Source: Octopus vulgaris (taxonomy: Eukaryota). From it: DNA of 64,000 nt. A program made the position numbers and the translations under genes. The stretch lies in the NCBI GenBank assembly GCA_951406725.2, contig OX597814.1, positions 40,858,001-40,922,000 on the forward strand, in the 5' to 3' direction. This document shows positions 25,114 through 37,590 of the stretch, piece after piece. Within the stretch, counting starts at the first letter, position 1, and the number at the start of each line of letters is the position of its first letter. The notes under the pieces are model-generated. The model had not been told where the DNA came from. It did not search any database and saw nothing but the letters and a program-made list of their open reading frames with translations.

Positions 25114-25390
25114 CAAGAAGAAGAAGAAGAAGAAGAAGAAGAAGAAGAAGAAGAAGAAGAAGAAGAAGAAGAAGAAGAAGACGAAGAAGAAGAAGAAGAA
25201 GAAAGATGATGATGATGATTTCATTTAATTGCCACCAAGGCAAAGGATGTGGTGGCAATACAAAAAATACATTGTCGTTAAATATAATGTAATGATAAGT
25301 TAAATTAATAAAGAAGAAAACGAAGAAGAAGAAGAAGAAGAAGAAGAAGAAGAAGAAGAAGAAGAAGAAGAAGAAGAAGAAGAAGAAGAA
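25114..25390. repeat. Two (GAA)n tracts
   Basis: Direct reading: 25114-25203 and 25322-25390. Confidence 0.95.
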
Positions 25391-25648
25391 AATTGCTATC
25401 CACCCTTTCTCTCTTATCTGTGGATTTGTTCTCCATGATGTTTTCGTGCAACACTAGCACATGCAGCTTGCAATTGATTGCATTGTAATAAGGCGTATTT
25501 TCGAAAACTTAAAACCTTCCATTTTCTAAGGTATCTTCCTTCTTCTCAGTAATATTTGTTTCTGTCTCTTGTGAGCCATAACTCAGCATAATGTAATTCT
25601 ACTTCCGTGCTTTTCTGTAAGAATGATGATAACGCTGCTGTTGCTGCC

Positions 25649-25679
<31 letters not shown>

Positions 25680-28523
25680 ATTCTCTAGTTACTTTGTAAT
25701 TTAGTGGTTTTTACCTATCTCTTTCCTCTTTATGGTATTTTGCTAGAGTAACTGGTTCTCCAATGTTTGTCACGTTGATGATGATGAGGATGATAGCGAT
25801 GATGAAGATGAAGATGATGATGACGACGACGATGATGATAATGATGATCATGATCATGACGATGATTATGATGAAGCTGTTTTTTGGTAAACAGCCATAG
25901 TTGTTTGAAACAATAAGCATAATAAACATCAACTCTTAATACATTTGTCTCTGTTACTCTCACTTCATTCCCCCATTCTTTGTATCACCCCCTACATCCT
26001 CTTTTTTCAGAATTACCGATTTGTTCAAAATGATGTCTGACAATGTCAGTAGATGGTAGAGCATGACTCGTCTACATTTCCTAGCTCTCATAGTTCAAAA
26101 TCTATGAATTTCTTTCTTGAGTGCTATATTTATTTTTCTTCACAATTTAATTTTTGCCAGCCAGAAGCGTGAAAATTTTATCGTACACAACTGCTTTGTT
26201 TCTATAAAGCTACTCATAATTCGCAAAGAAAACAACCTTAAAAGTAATATCAACAATGTCTGCCAATCTAGAACGGAACAAGGCAAATGTTTGTTATATT
26301 CAGAATATAAAATGTGTAGTGTGATATTTGGTTTGTAAAACAATATTTGCTTCCAGGAGAAATGTAAAATAATGTTTTTCATGTAAATATCCAAACCTCC
26401 GCTGTAAAATGTAAGGAAGCTGAACAAGAATTGACGATAAATAGTGGAGTGGGAAAGTGAATGATTTACATGCAAAGCTGTACGGATTTGTGATTTAAAA
26501 ACCACAGGCTATGGTTCACGGACGGAAATGAGGATGGAGAAGATGAGTAGGTAATCGTAACCGTTCAGAAAAAAGGCTTGAGAAACGAGTGATAATTTGT
26601 AACATTATCGCAAACGTTAGTTAGAAAATGAATCCGGGAAATATTAATGAGTTGTTAAGTGAATATATTGAAATAGAGCAAAACGCATATAAGCATAGGT
26701 GTGACTATATTGGGAATACAAACTATATCGTTAATAAAAACTGAGGCTCTGCTGGTGGGTTCTAATCAGATGATATTATGGGCTATTTCCAGAAGCAAAA
26801 AGTGCAATATTAATGGAAGGATAACCGATAGTATCGCAGAAGAGTGAATGAAATGGGTTAACAGTATAAAAGAAATAGGCTAATATTGACTTAGCAATCC
26901 CATTCGATTATGGTAGTGGATACCGAAGAAATTGAAGAAAACAGACAACCAGCAAGACTTCACATGTGAGCTGACGTCATTTAGGAAGATCAAGGTTAAA
27001 TTTTTTCTGACGTACGTGGCACAAAACTCTAACTGTTACCGACGCAGCTGAAGAATATTGGAATTGAGACATGCATTGTAGATTTGCGGAAAAACGAATA
27101 TCTTGTATTCGTGAAGAATCATATGAAAGATTCTTGAGATTGGAGAAGATTTGACATCATAAAACCTGGAGATCACAACTATGATAGCTAAGCTAGAACG
27201 TAGGAATTTTAATATTAATAATCCTATCAAGATGAATATCATTTACATGAATGAGAATGTGTAGGAATATTAGTGTTAACCAAATCTGAGTTGTAACTTT
27301 CTCTGGAGATGATGTAAAAACATAAATCTCTTGCACAATACACTCAAAATAATTCAATCTGAGATTGTACAGTGAAAAAATATGTAGTGCATTAATGTCT
27401 CATAGAGACTGTTAGAGACTGTTGAATGCGGTAAATACGCACGACAGAATTCACTTTCTTACGTAAAGAAATTTATGCAAATGATGTTCCTATAGTTATT
27501 ACGAAATGTATTTTCGGATATATTTCGGATATATATGCACACTCTCGCTCACTCACTTTCCTCTTTCTCTATGTTTCTCCCTCCTTACACTATCTCTCTC
27601 ACACACCCACAAGAATATTTAATTGATAAGAAGATGAGTGACTATGTACAGAGTGAAAAAAGATGTAAACATGAAAAAAAAGCTTATTATTATGTTAAGC
27701 AGGGTGAATTATTTCAACGATTAAGCAGATATCGAAGCAAAAAATTAGAATATAAATTAGAAATCATTATATCAAATCCTATTTAAATTGTTGTGAATTT
27801 TTCTTATTTGTTGCAACTAATATGATATCAAATCTTTAAATTAATAAATATATTTAAAAAATGAAACATATATATATATGCAATAGAAATCTATTTCGGG
27901 AAGTTAGAATAATAATAACTTCAATGGGAGAACAGTTAAAGAAAATATAAATCTTTAATATACATGGTAATATTTAAGACTAAGGAAATAGTTCAGTACG
28001 AAATTTAATTCAGGTATGAGATTATTATTGACGTCATAAGAATATATAATCTTCCGAGAGATCGCTAAATAATTATTTCTTATGACAGTGGAAATTTGAA
28101 GAACTTAAATTTATGAATATAAAACCATATAAATGATCGACTGAAATACTTTTTTGTATAGAGGGCTTTCCGTGGGACACAAATCTTGTGAAGATGACTA
28201 TCAATGCAGCCTAGAAATCGTTCGAATATTTGTATCAGTTTTAGGAGCTTATACGTACCAGCGAAGCATTTGTAAACTTTAGTTTTGAGATCCACTACTT
28301 GTAAAACTGTATTATTTCTTGATCTCACGAAAGCCTATAAATGTTTATGGCATCAGCAGAGTTCAAAGCTCGGTGGATAGAGGTAACATGACTGTCATAC
28401 GTAGAGGAGAAGTTGATGAACTCTTACATGAATTCTTAGGTTATGACACGTTTGAAGTCGAATACAATACATTTAGCCTAACATGGAGTAGCTCTACTAC
28501 CTAGATATGCTATTATGAATGTG

Positions 28524-28823
28524 ATCACGTGATCACGTGACCGACTAAGCAATCAGATGTTGGTCACAATGTGCTTCGCATTGATTTAGCCTTCGAATGA
28601 CGCCACCCCGCTGGCTAAGCGAGCAGGCCAACAGAAGAAAGAGTGAGAGAAAGTTGTGGCGAAAGAGTACAGCAAGGATCGCCCCCCCCCACCCTGCCGG
28701 AGCATCGTGGAGCTATAGTTGTTTTCGCTCAATAAACACTCACAACGCTCGGTCTGGGAATCGAAACTGCGATCTTACGACCGCGAGTCCGCTGCCCTAA
28801 CCACTGGGCCATTGCGCCTCCAC
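28524..28823 (-). mobile_element. Full-length tRNA(Arg)-like SINE (Octopus OR-like)
   Basis: Head ggcgcaatggcccagtggttagggcagcggactcgcg...gtttcgattccc and tail (gatcacgt)n. Homologous to 63685-63988. Confidence 0.85.
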
Positions 28824-29014
28824 ATTTTGAATGTAGATGTGGGTAAATTTAATGCGAAAGTAAAGCAAAAGAATATAATAATCGAATTGGTGTAAATGAT
28901 GTTGCATGCATACAAAAACACAGTATCAGGAGTTGTACATCTTATTTATATATATATACGAGCTGAAGGTGACCCGCTCTACGCGCGGGTAAGAGTGTGG
29001 GTGTTACTTTCTGT

Positions 29015-29290
29015 TGCTTCCTTTCAGCACGTAAAAAGCACCATCCAAACGTGGCCGATTGCAGCACCGCCTTGACTTGCTTCTGTGCTGGTGGCACGTA
29101 AAAAGCACCAACCGATCGTTGCCACTGCGAGCCCCCTGGCACCAGTGCCGTCGGCACGAAAAAAGCACTCACTACACTCACAGTGTGGTTGGCGTTAGGA
29201 AGGTCATCCACCTGTAGAAACACTGCCAGATCAGACTGGAGCCTGGTGCAGCCTCCTGGCTTCCGAGACCCGGTCACACTGCCCAACCCG
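29015..29290 (+). mobile_element. RTE-associated repeat fragment with three internal gcacg(t/a)aaaaagcac repeats
   Basis: Repeats near 29028, 29094 and 29155, and a ggttggcgttaggaagg-catcca-ctgtagaaac motif typical of RTE-linked UTRs. Confidence 0.55.
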
Positions 29291-29368
29291 TATTTGTTTC
29301 TCTCCGTATTTGTTTCTCTCCGTATTTGTTTCTCTCCGTATTTGTTTCTCTCCGTATTTGTTTCTCTC
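29289..29368. repeat. 16-bp minisatellite (cgtatttgtttctctc) x5
   Basis: Direct reading of the sequence. Confidence 0.95.
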
Positions 29369-30338
29369 TCCTTTCTCTCTCACTTTCCCACTCTCTTACT
29401 TTTCTTTTCTCTCTGACTCTCCCTCGCTTTCTCTTACTCTATCTTTATTTATCTCTCTCCCATTTATAAACAACAGAAGATCTTGAGTAAGTTGAGAAAT
29501 AAAATATTTAGAAAGATCAATCAGAAATATGAGGCAGTGGCAATGGAAAGGTCTGCTTCAAGGCAGACAGCAAAACGCTAACATTCAAAAGGGACAGACG
29601 AACTTGCGAGCTGAATAAAAATAATAAAATATTGGAAACCAAAGTTTGAAGGGATAGAATCTGAGGATAGTAGAGTCACTATGGCTGGCATTTGTTAACG
29701 ACGGACAGCAACGTAGTGACAGTTTAACGGCTGGTGTAAAATTTTGAACTTGATGTAAAAGAAAATTCGTAAACACCAATTTTTGAAGTGATTCTTTCTC
29801 ACGACAGTAGACTCACCATGGCAAGCATTCAAAACTTCTTTATCATGGACGGCAACACATTGACGATTAAAAGGCTGGCGCAAATTTTTTAGCTTGATGC
29901 AACAGAGAATTCCTAAACACCCGCTCTTTGAAATTTTAATCCCCTTCCAGCCCCATTTAGACCCCTTTTCACATTTTGGTTAATATAATCCGGTTTCATT
30001 CGGGTGTACTGGGGCCACATTTTATAAGATGAGGAATTTTGTCCTAGAGGTGACGTTTTTATTTGAGGAACAAAATAGTTGTGATGCACACTTGTCAGCA
30101 CCTTTAACATAGGTGTGCATATTTTCAGGTGAATCGACCGACTACGTAATGCACACATATATATATGTGTATATATATATATATGTGTGTGTGTGCACGC
30201 ATTATATATACAAATGTATACAAATGAGATATATATCTGTATAAATTAAATTAGAGATAAAACCACTAATAGGCAAATCAAACAGTGAAAAACCAAAAAC
30301 AAAAACATAAAAAAAGAAAATATAACATAGAAAATATA

Positions 30339-31354
30339 TCTATATATATAAAACTGTAGTTGTGTGAGTGTCTGTCCCCTTCGATTTAGATTCCTAACTA
30401 CTCCCAAATTTTGCAGTGCAGTTTAACCAAATTCGGGTATCTTATAGTCGTGATTCATATCGAGCCCGTCTGTGTATTAGCGCGCGTCTACGCTGAGTGT
30501 ACGATTTTAAAAATAATTTAACATAATTTTTTATTCCATTTTAATGCATATTTTTTCGTGTGTCGATGGCGGCGGAGTTGGCGTCCACGCTCACGCCTGC
30601 ACCTGTGTTGCTTCTCCCCCTTCTTCCCTCCCTCGTGAAGCTGTGGGGAAGGGAGTGTAAGGAAATCAACGTCGTAATGCGTTGTGAAGGAGACCAGCGT
30701 TCTTTTAGAACAACGACTTCATGGCTTGAAGTCGCCAAAACAGAAATCGCTAAAAAAGCTGAAACAGATCCACAAAAACGGCAAAAACCGCCACACAGGG
30801 CAGGTTTCCTGTGCAAACAATTTGCACAACCGAATGTTTTAGTTGTTGCACAAATCTTTATATATAAAAGTAAGGTTGTGTGTCTGTCTCCTACGATTTA
30901 GATTCCTAACTACTCCCACATTTTGCGGTGCAGTGTAACCAAAACCGGGTATCTTATAGTCGTGATTCATATCGAGCCCTTCTGGGTATTAGCGCGCGTC
31001 TACGATGAGTCTACGATTTAAAAAAAAATTAGCATCATTTTTTATTCCATTTTAATGCATTTTTCGCTATTATATAAGGGAAGTAACTCTCTAAAAATGT
31101 CTACGATGAGTCAACGATTAAAAAAAAATTACCATCATTTTTTTATTCCATTTTAATGCATTTTCGCTATTATATAAGGGAAGTAACTCTGTAAAAATGT
31201 CTACGATGAGTCAACGATTTAAAAAAGAAATTACTATCATTTTTTATTCCATCTTTAATGCATTTTTTGCTATTTTTTTTTGCTATAACTCACTAAAAAT
31301 GCTTATATAGTTATTTCCCTTACAAACCCGAGCAACGCCGGGCGATACTGCTAG
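30339..31354 (+). mobile_element. Non-autonomous composite Helitron
   Basis: A|TC 5' end at 30339, 3' hairpin cccg(a)gc-aac-gccggg then CTAG|T at 31351-31355. A second homologous 5' end at 30855, and ~118-bp internal tandem repeats at 31000-31270. Confidence 0.85.
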
Positions 31355-31504
31355 TAAAATATAAAATTGAAAAATTTAAATTATTTAAATTGAAAATAAA
31401 AATTATGAAATTATATTTATAATTTGTTTAAAAATATATATAACTATGAAAAAGTATGAAAAAGTTTAATATACATAAATACAGATATATACACTTTGTA
31501 TATA

Positions 31505-31720
31505 TACATTATATATACATATTTATATATAGAACACACACACACACATACATTATATATACATATTTATATATAGAACACACACACACACATACATTAT
31601 ATATACATATTTATATATAGAACACACACACACACATACATTATATATACATATTTATATATAGAACACACACACACATACATTATATATACATATATAT
31701 ATATAGAACACACACACATA
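31505..31720. repeat. ~43-bp minisatellite built from TA/CA microsatellite, about 5 copies
   Basis: Unit tacattatatatacatatttatatatagaacacacacacaca. Confidence 0.9.
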
Positions 31721-32145
31721 TAAATGAACGCAAGAATATCTGATTCATAATATTTGTTCTCATGATCGTGTGTTGATTGTTGGTGACAGACATATACTTC
31801 AAAGAACGCCGCCGAAGTGATAGGAAGGTAGGAAACAGAGTCAGTGAAAAAGAAAGGAAATAGCGATAGTGACAGATACTTTAAATAACCGTAGTGGCAT
31901 TCTGAAAGTTATAAATGAAGAGGAGTGACAGAGTACTGGAGGAAATAGGGTGAGGTAGGAAGATGGCCCCTAGAAACCACAGCTTTTAAGATAAGGATTT
32001 CTAAGGTAGCCCACGCGCATCGTCACCTCATTCTACATGTCCCTGTAAATTTTGGAGCGAATCGGACGGTATGTAGTGGCATTGAAAGCGAACCAAGCGG
32101 TAAAAACGCAATTCAGTTTTATATATAGATATATATATATATATA

Positions 32146-32503
32146 CGTTTAAATATTTGTTGTGCAAGATTTTTTATGTGAAGTCGTGTGTTGAAACAGA
32201 TATTGTTATATTTCGGAATGGTCATATTGCCAGTTTAGCCAATAAAAACACACGCACTATATATTTGGTGTTATTTTGCTTCAGTGATATTTATTTTTTA
32301 CATTAATCTTAATCTTATTTCGGCCAAAGTAAAGAAGAAAACAAAGGACCACTGATGCGGTCACAGGAGTGAGACGAAAGAACTTTGGCCGAAATAAGAT
32401 TAAGATTAATGTAAAAAATAAATATCACTGAAGCAAAATAACACCAAATATATAGTGCGTGTGTTTTTATTGGCTAAACTGGCAATATGACCATTCCGAA
32501 ATA

Positions 32504-32507
<4 letters not shown>
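32146..32507. mobile_element. Fold-back module with perfect 126-bp arms (32205-32330 / 32382-32507) in (TA)n
   Basis: The arms are exact reverse complements. The 51-bp spacer carries most of a hammerhead-like motif. Confidence 0.85.
32346..32390 (+). ncRNA. Variant hammerhead-like motif (A9C)
   Basis: ggacca CTGATGC ggtcacaggagtgagac GAAAG aa CTT tggcc. Confidence 0.5.
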
Positions 32508-32539
<32 letters not shown>

Positions 32540-32858
32540 TAAACGCACATACATATACTTATAGGTAGAATAAGGATTAACACATTTTTATATTAAACTT
32601 CCTACGCGAGTTTCATTATTCTATACTTCCTAAGAGCTTTGTGATAGAAGTTTCAAATGCATGGACATGCTTAAGCACAGCAGATCCTCAGGGATGCATA
32701 GAGGTTTGGCTTGCGACAATCTATGTATGTGTTTGTGTGGGTGCATGTGTGTGTGCGTCTGTGTATGCACCCCTGTGTGTACGTCTATTTATATTTAAAA
32801 TCAATAGTCTGCACGTTCTTTTCCTCCAGATATGGTGTTCAAAACAGCCTTAAATTGC

Positions 32859-32912
<54 letters not shown>

Positions 32913-32978
32913 ATATTTCGGAATTGTCATATTGTCATATTGCCAGTTTAAAAAATCTTGCACAACAAATATTTAAAC

Positions 32979-33056
<78 letters not shown>

Positions 33057-33057
<1 letters not shown>

Positions 33058-33535
33058 GGCTTTATTACTTCTGGAAAGTAATACATTTGTATTGTGATAT
33101 TTCTTCATTAAAAACTTGTTCACTCTTCTCGATCTGTTAACGCCTCAACGTTCAGGCGAGTGTACTGGCATTGATGTGGCAACATTTGAAATATTGTCTA
33201 GGTAACTGCAGCTAATGAAGAGTGATCAAATTTACGTTGACAAACATAACTGATGAGTTAGAAACCGGTCCTCCATTATGCGATTCTCGTTTGTCAATTT
33301 ATTGAATGTTCTTCCTAGAGCTAAGACAATTTTTTCCTGTTTGGGCACTAGCACGTCTTTTCCAGTATACACGCAGTTAAGCTTTACAATAGTATCGTAT
33401 TTGTATCGACTGCTATTTCCAGTAAATATTGATGCCTTGTTGTACCACTCATCTGTATTTATATTTATACTTCTACACTTATAGAGCTTTATTTTACTGG
33501 AAAGTAATACATTTTTATTGCAATATATTTCATTG
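33057..33535 (+). mobile_element. Penelope-type terminal-repeat unit with ~50-bp terminal direct repeat and hammerhead core
   Basis: 33057-33108 is repeated at 33485-33534. Contains CTGATGA gtta GAAACCGGTC at 33250-33270, with (TA)n on both sides. Confidence 0.6.
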
Positions 33536-33554
33536 TATATATATATATACAATG

Positions 33555-33602
<48 letters not shown>

Positions 33603-33603
33603 G

Positions 33604-33785
33604 CAAAGTTCTGTACTTAAGAGATGAGGAATTATGTACTTTATTTACATTATTTACGTTTGACGAATATATTGTCCCTATCTCGTTGGTTGTTAACACG
33701 ACGTTTCGGCTGACATAGCCTCCAGCCTTCATCAGATGTCTTGGGGAAATTTCGAACTTAGGTTCTCATTCCAAAGGTATTTTTC

Positions 33786-33842
<57 letters not shown>

Positions 33843-33949
33843 CATTATTATTATTTTTTTGTTGTTGTTGTTGTCGTTGTCGTTGTTCAGGCCACTGCCC
33901 AGAATCGAATTAGGATTCTTGGGGTTAGTAGCTCGCGCTCTTAACCACT
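33604..33949 (-). mobile_element. tRNA-headed SINE-like element carrying a hammerhead ribozyme
   Basis: Minus strand runs: tRNA-like head agtggttaagagcgcgagctactaaccccaagaatcctaattcgattctggg, then (AAC/AAT)n, then the hammerhead, then a tail ending in (TA)n. Confidence 0.7.
33695..33740 (-). ncRNA. Canonical minimal type I hammerhead ribozyme
   Basis: gacat CTGATGA a ggctg-gaggctatgt-cagcc GAAAC GTC gtgtt, with a loopless palindromic stem III (ACGT). Confidence 0.8.
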
Positions 33950-34535
33950 TATTATTTTTGTGTAACATAATTTACTAAACATATTTTGATACATGTTATT
34001 TATTGACACGCACATAGGAGTATGCACGGATACGCATACGCCTACACACACGGACGCACGCAAATAAAATAAATTACGCACACATATATCCATATATATT
34101 ACATATGTAATTGTATCTACACACAGTCATGTAAATGGGTGGTGAGTGCGTAAATGCATGTGTGTACATATACGTACATGTTTTATATGTATGAGGAGTT
34201 GTTTGTTTAGCTGTAGCTGTCAATCAATTTAACTATGCATATGTTCATATATAATGTATTCAAAGCTTTAGAACTGCCTAATGATATTGGCAGAAAACAT
34301 TTTCTACAGATTAAAACTATGGAAACTGCATATGCTGTGATTATTATAAGAGTTTGTAACGTTGCATTAAACAATGTTACATATAACGTAATTGTTTCTG
34401 CATTCATTCTGCTGAAGTGATGACGACAATCTTATAATCATTCGCTCGAGTGATCATGATATGCACACTATATCGTCTGCGTGGCAAGAAATCTTATTCA
34501 AAATGAACCAACGTATCTTATTTGAAATAAAGTAG

Positions 34536-34607
<72 letters not shown>

Positions 34608-34611
34608 TACT

Positions 34612-34643
<32 letters not shown>

Positions 34644-34734
34644 CATATATATATGCATATATATATATATACTTACATAGATATATATATATATATGTAT
34701 ATATATATACACATATATATATATACATATACAT

Positions 34735-34786
<52 letters not shown>

Positions 34787-35917
34787 TATTAAGATCAAAG
34801 AGATGAACACAATATATCTACCTATTATACAAGCACGTCTTCACCACTGTACAATTTCTCAGTCTATTTCTGACAATGTGTTTCTGTGTCAGTATATGTT
34901 TTACTTATATTTTTCATTAAATCTCCATGGTAATAATTATTCCGCATACAACAATTAATAATACATTAGTACTCATATACCGGGAGGTGGGGATAATTTT
35001 CAATGCATACTGTAGTACAAATGGTAAAAACGATTAAATTCGTAATGATAATGTTTTACATTTTTCTTCTTTTATATATGTTTTTAAATTTCTAGCACGC
35101 AAGTACATACACTTAAACGCATATAACCACATGCATATAAAAATCGTAAACATGCACATGTATATATGCAACACATATGCTTACAACCACATACCATATG
35201 TATCACTTACTTGTTATTCATGTAAGAAATAGTGATAGATTTATAAAAATAAGAATTATTAGGTAAGTACATAAACAGATAAATAAATAAATAAATATAT
35301 AAATAGATCACTAAATATATTTGTCACCTACCTTGAAAAATATAAGAAACAGAGATAGATAAAATATGAATAATGAATAAATAAATCCATATAATGCGCA
35401 TGGATACAAACAACATACGGAGCGAACCCATGCACACATACACAAACACGCACACATGAAAGTTCACGGACGGCCACAAAGTTATCAATAAGACGAATAA
35501 CAACGATAGCAGTAGCTGCGGTGACATTGATTCCAATATTAACAACAATTACCACGATGGCAAACACAAAAATACAGAGAGATACATGAACTGTACCAAA
35601 CTTTCGGGTCTCAGGACAGCAGTACCACAATGGGGTGAGATGATGGAGCTGCGGGGAAGACTATACTGTGCGTAAGGACAGTGACATACAAAGCAGCACA
35701 CACAAACACATACATGCATGCATCCAAACACACACACACGCACACACAAACGCGCACACACTCAAATACGGACTGAAACTAATGCGCACATAAAGATACA
35801 CACCTTAGAAGAACAAAATGGAGTAATTGGAGCAAGAGCACACACGAAGGTGAAAAGTGACGCTAAAGCGTGATATATATTTCTGTTCTTATACCAGTAA
35901 TATGAACTAGTAATATG

Positions 35918-35975
<58 letters not shown>

Positions 35976-36009
35976 GGGGTATTCCTATCCAGAACACTCA
36001 AGATTGCAG

Positions 36010-36890
36010 GTAATCTTATGTAAGTACTACGGGTGGACTGCTTAGACTCTCATTTGTTAATAATACGTGTCTAATACTGGTCTTGTGAGACCATGTGTAC
36101 GTTAAACAACATGAAATAACAAAGCTAACGTTGTGTGGAATTTATAGGACATTTATAAAGAGAAGTGTAGTCTTACAACCGTTTCTGGGATATTAGGGAT
36201 ATCCCTTCATCAGAGACGATAAGCGAGTGATAACTAATAGGAAATAGTCGAGATCAATAGAAAGTGTACTTTTGGAAAATGATTGATATATGAAGTATAA
36301 AGGGAAATAAGAAAATAAGAATAAAAAAAAATATACGTAAGATATTACAGTTGGAGTTATATTTTCCAAGTAAAGTGCTCTTGAGAATAAGTACAAATGC
36401 TTCTTTTCTATGGCATGTAAATTCCGATAGGAGTGCATATTTTGCTATCACATGTGGATAGTGTGGGGACAAATTCCATGTGCCGTTCATTCAAAGGTCT
36501 TCTGTTGTGTATGAAGACTTGAGAAATAACTGGTAGGGGTATTTAGATAGAAAGAAGAAAAGAGATTTACATTTTGGAAGAGAATGGTATTACTCAAAAA
36601 GAATAGGGGAAGAAAGAAGAAAGAAACATATATAGGAAGAAATGGACGAAAAAATTAAAACAATGTGTGCTACGTGGTGGTCAAAATATTGTGAGGGAGT
36701 GGGAGAAGAGAGCTATGAAGATAAAAGTAATAGGGGAAAGACAGAAGAAAGAGATAAGAATGTAAAAAAGGAATACGTGTGAGGAGTAGGGGTGGGGGGA
36801 ATCTAACAATGTAGGAATTCTAACACACTTGCCATATTTAGTGACAATTATAGTTTTCCTTAAGTTAACACACGGCTGTCTGTCTTAATT
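36010..36890 (-). mobile_element. Penelope-derived 3' fragment (same family as 45440-46455)
   Basis: Colinear homology with 45440-46455, including the hammerhead. Confidence 0.65.
36170..36217 (-). ncRNA. Type I hammerhead motif
   Basis: gtct CTGATGA a gggatat-cccta-atatccc a GAAAC ggtt GTA agac. Confidence 0.75.
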
Positions 36891-36935
36891 TTTGTACACA
36901 CACACGCACACATGCCCACACTCATGCCACCCCCC

Positions 36936-36988
<53 letters not shown>

Positions 36989-36989
<1 letters not shown>

Positions 36990-37590
36990 CATTATATTAA
37001 AGGGCTTAGTAAAATAAATTACTTTGCCACATACTGAACTCATTAGAAATAGCAGCCAAAAAAGTTTTTTTAGCTATTTCTAATACTTAAAGAAAATTTC
37101 TCTCAGATAGTGTTTACTCAGAATAACCCACGAAGGTATGGGGGTAAAAAACATTAAAAAATCACAAGTGCACAGATTATTTGAGAACGTTACGTTTCTA
37201 GATCAGCCAAATAAAATTCGACATTTCTTTCGTCAGCCTAAAATTTCTTAATTTGGATTTGGAAACACTGAAAGTAGGAACATACCCTTTTGGCGACTTA
37301 ACACCTCCGATGACCCGTTCAAACTGACAGTGCCAACAAATTCAAAATATTCAAGCGAAGAATTCCTGCTCTCCCCTTCCACCACGCGGGCTAAACTAGC
37401 AAACACCATATTTTAGCGGTGAAAACCGAGGCAATAAACAGAGAGAAATGAATTATAATTTCAACAATTGAGGGTAAACTTAATTAGTTATTAATCAATT
37501 TCACCAAGTATTCAGTATGTAAAAGGACCATTTAAGGCGAATTCAAAATATTACATTATATAAAAGGGCTTAGTAAAATAAATGACCCTG
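36989..37590 (-). mobile_element. Penelope-type terminal repeat in partial tandem (unit ~564 bp) with degenerate hammerhead at 37181-37240
   Basis: 36989-37019 is repeated at 37553-37583. Minus strand reads CTGACGA...GAAAC gtaac GTT. Confidence 0.65.

Noticed and set aside
26400-27400. Possible ancient LINE remnant (also 16300-17200) and a mariner trace at 29690-30146
   Set aside because: No diagnostic motif could be read with confidence.
28750-28823. Functional tRNA genes at SINE heads (also 33885-33949 and 63685-63760)
   Set aside because: They continue into SINE bodies and lack a proper acceptor stem and terminator.
29289-31720. Tandem repeats as CRISPR-like arrays
   Set aside because: The units are contiguous with no unique spacers, the context is eukaryotic, and there are no cas genes.
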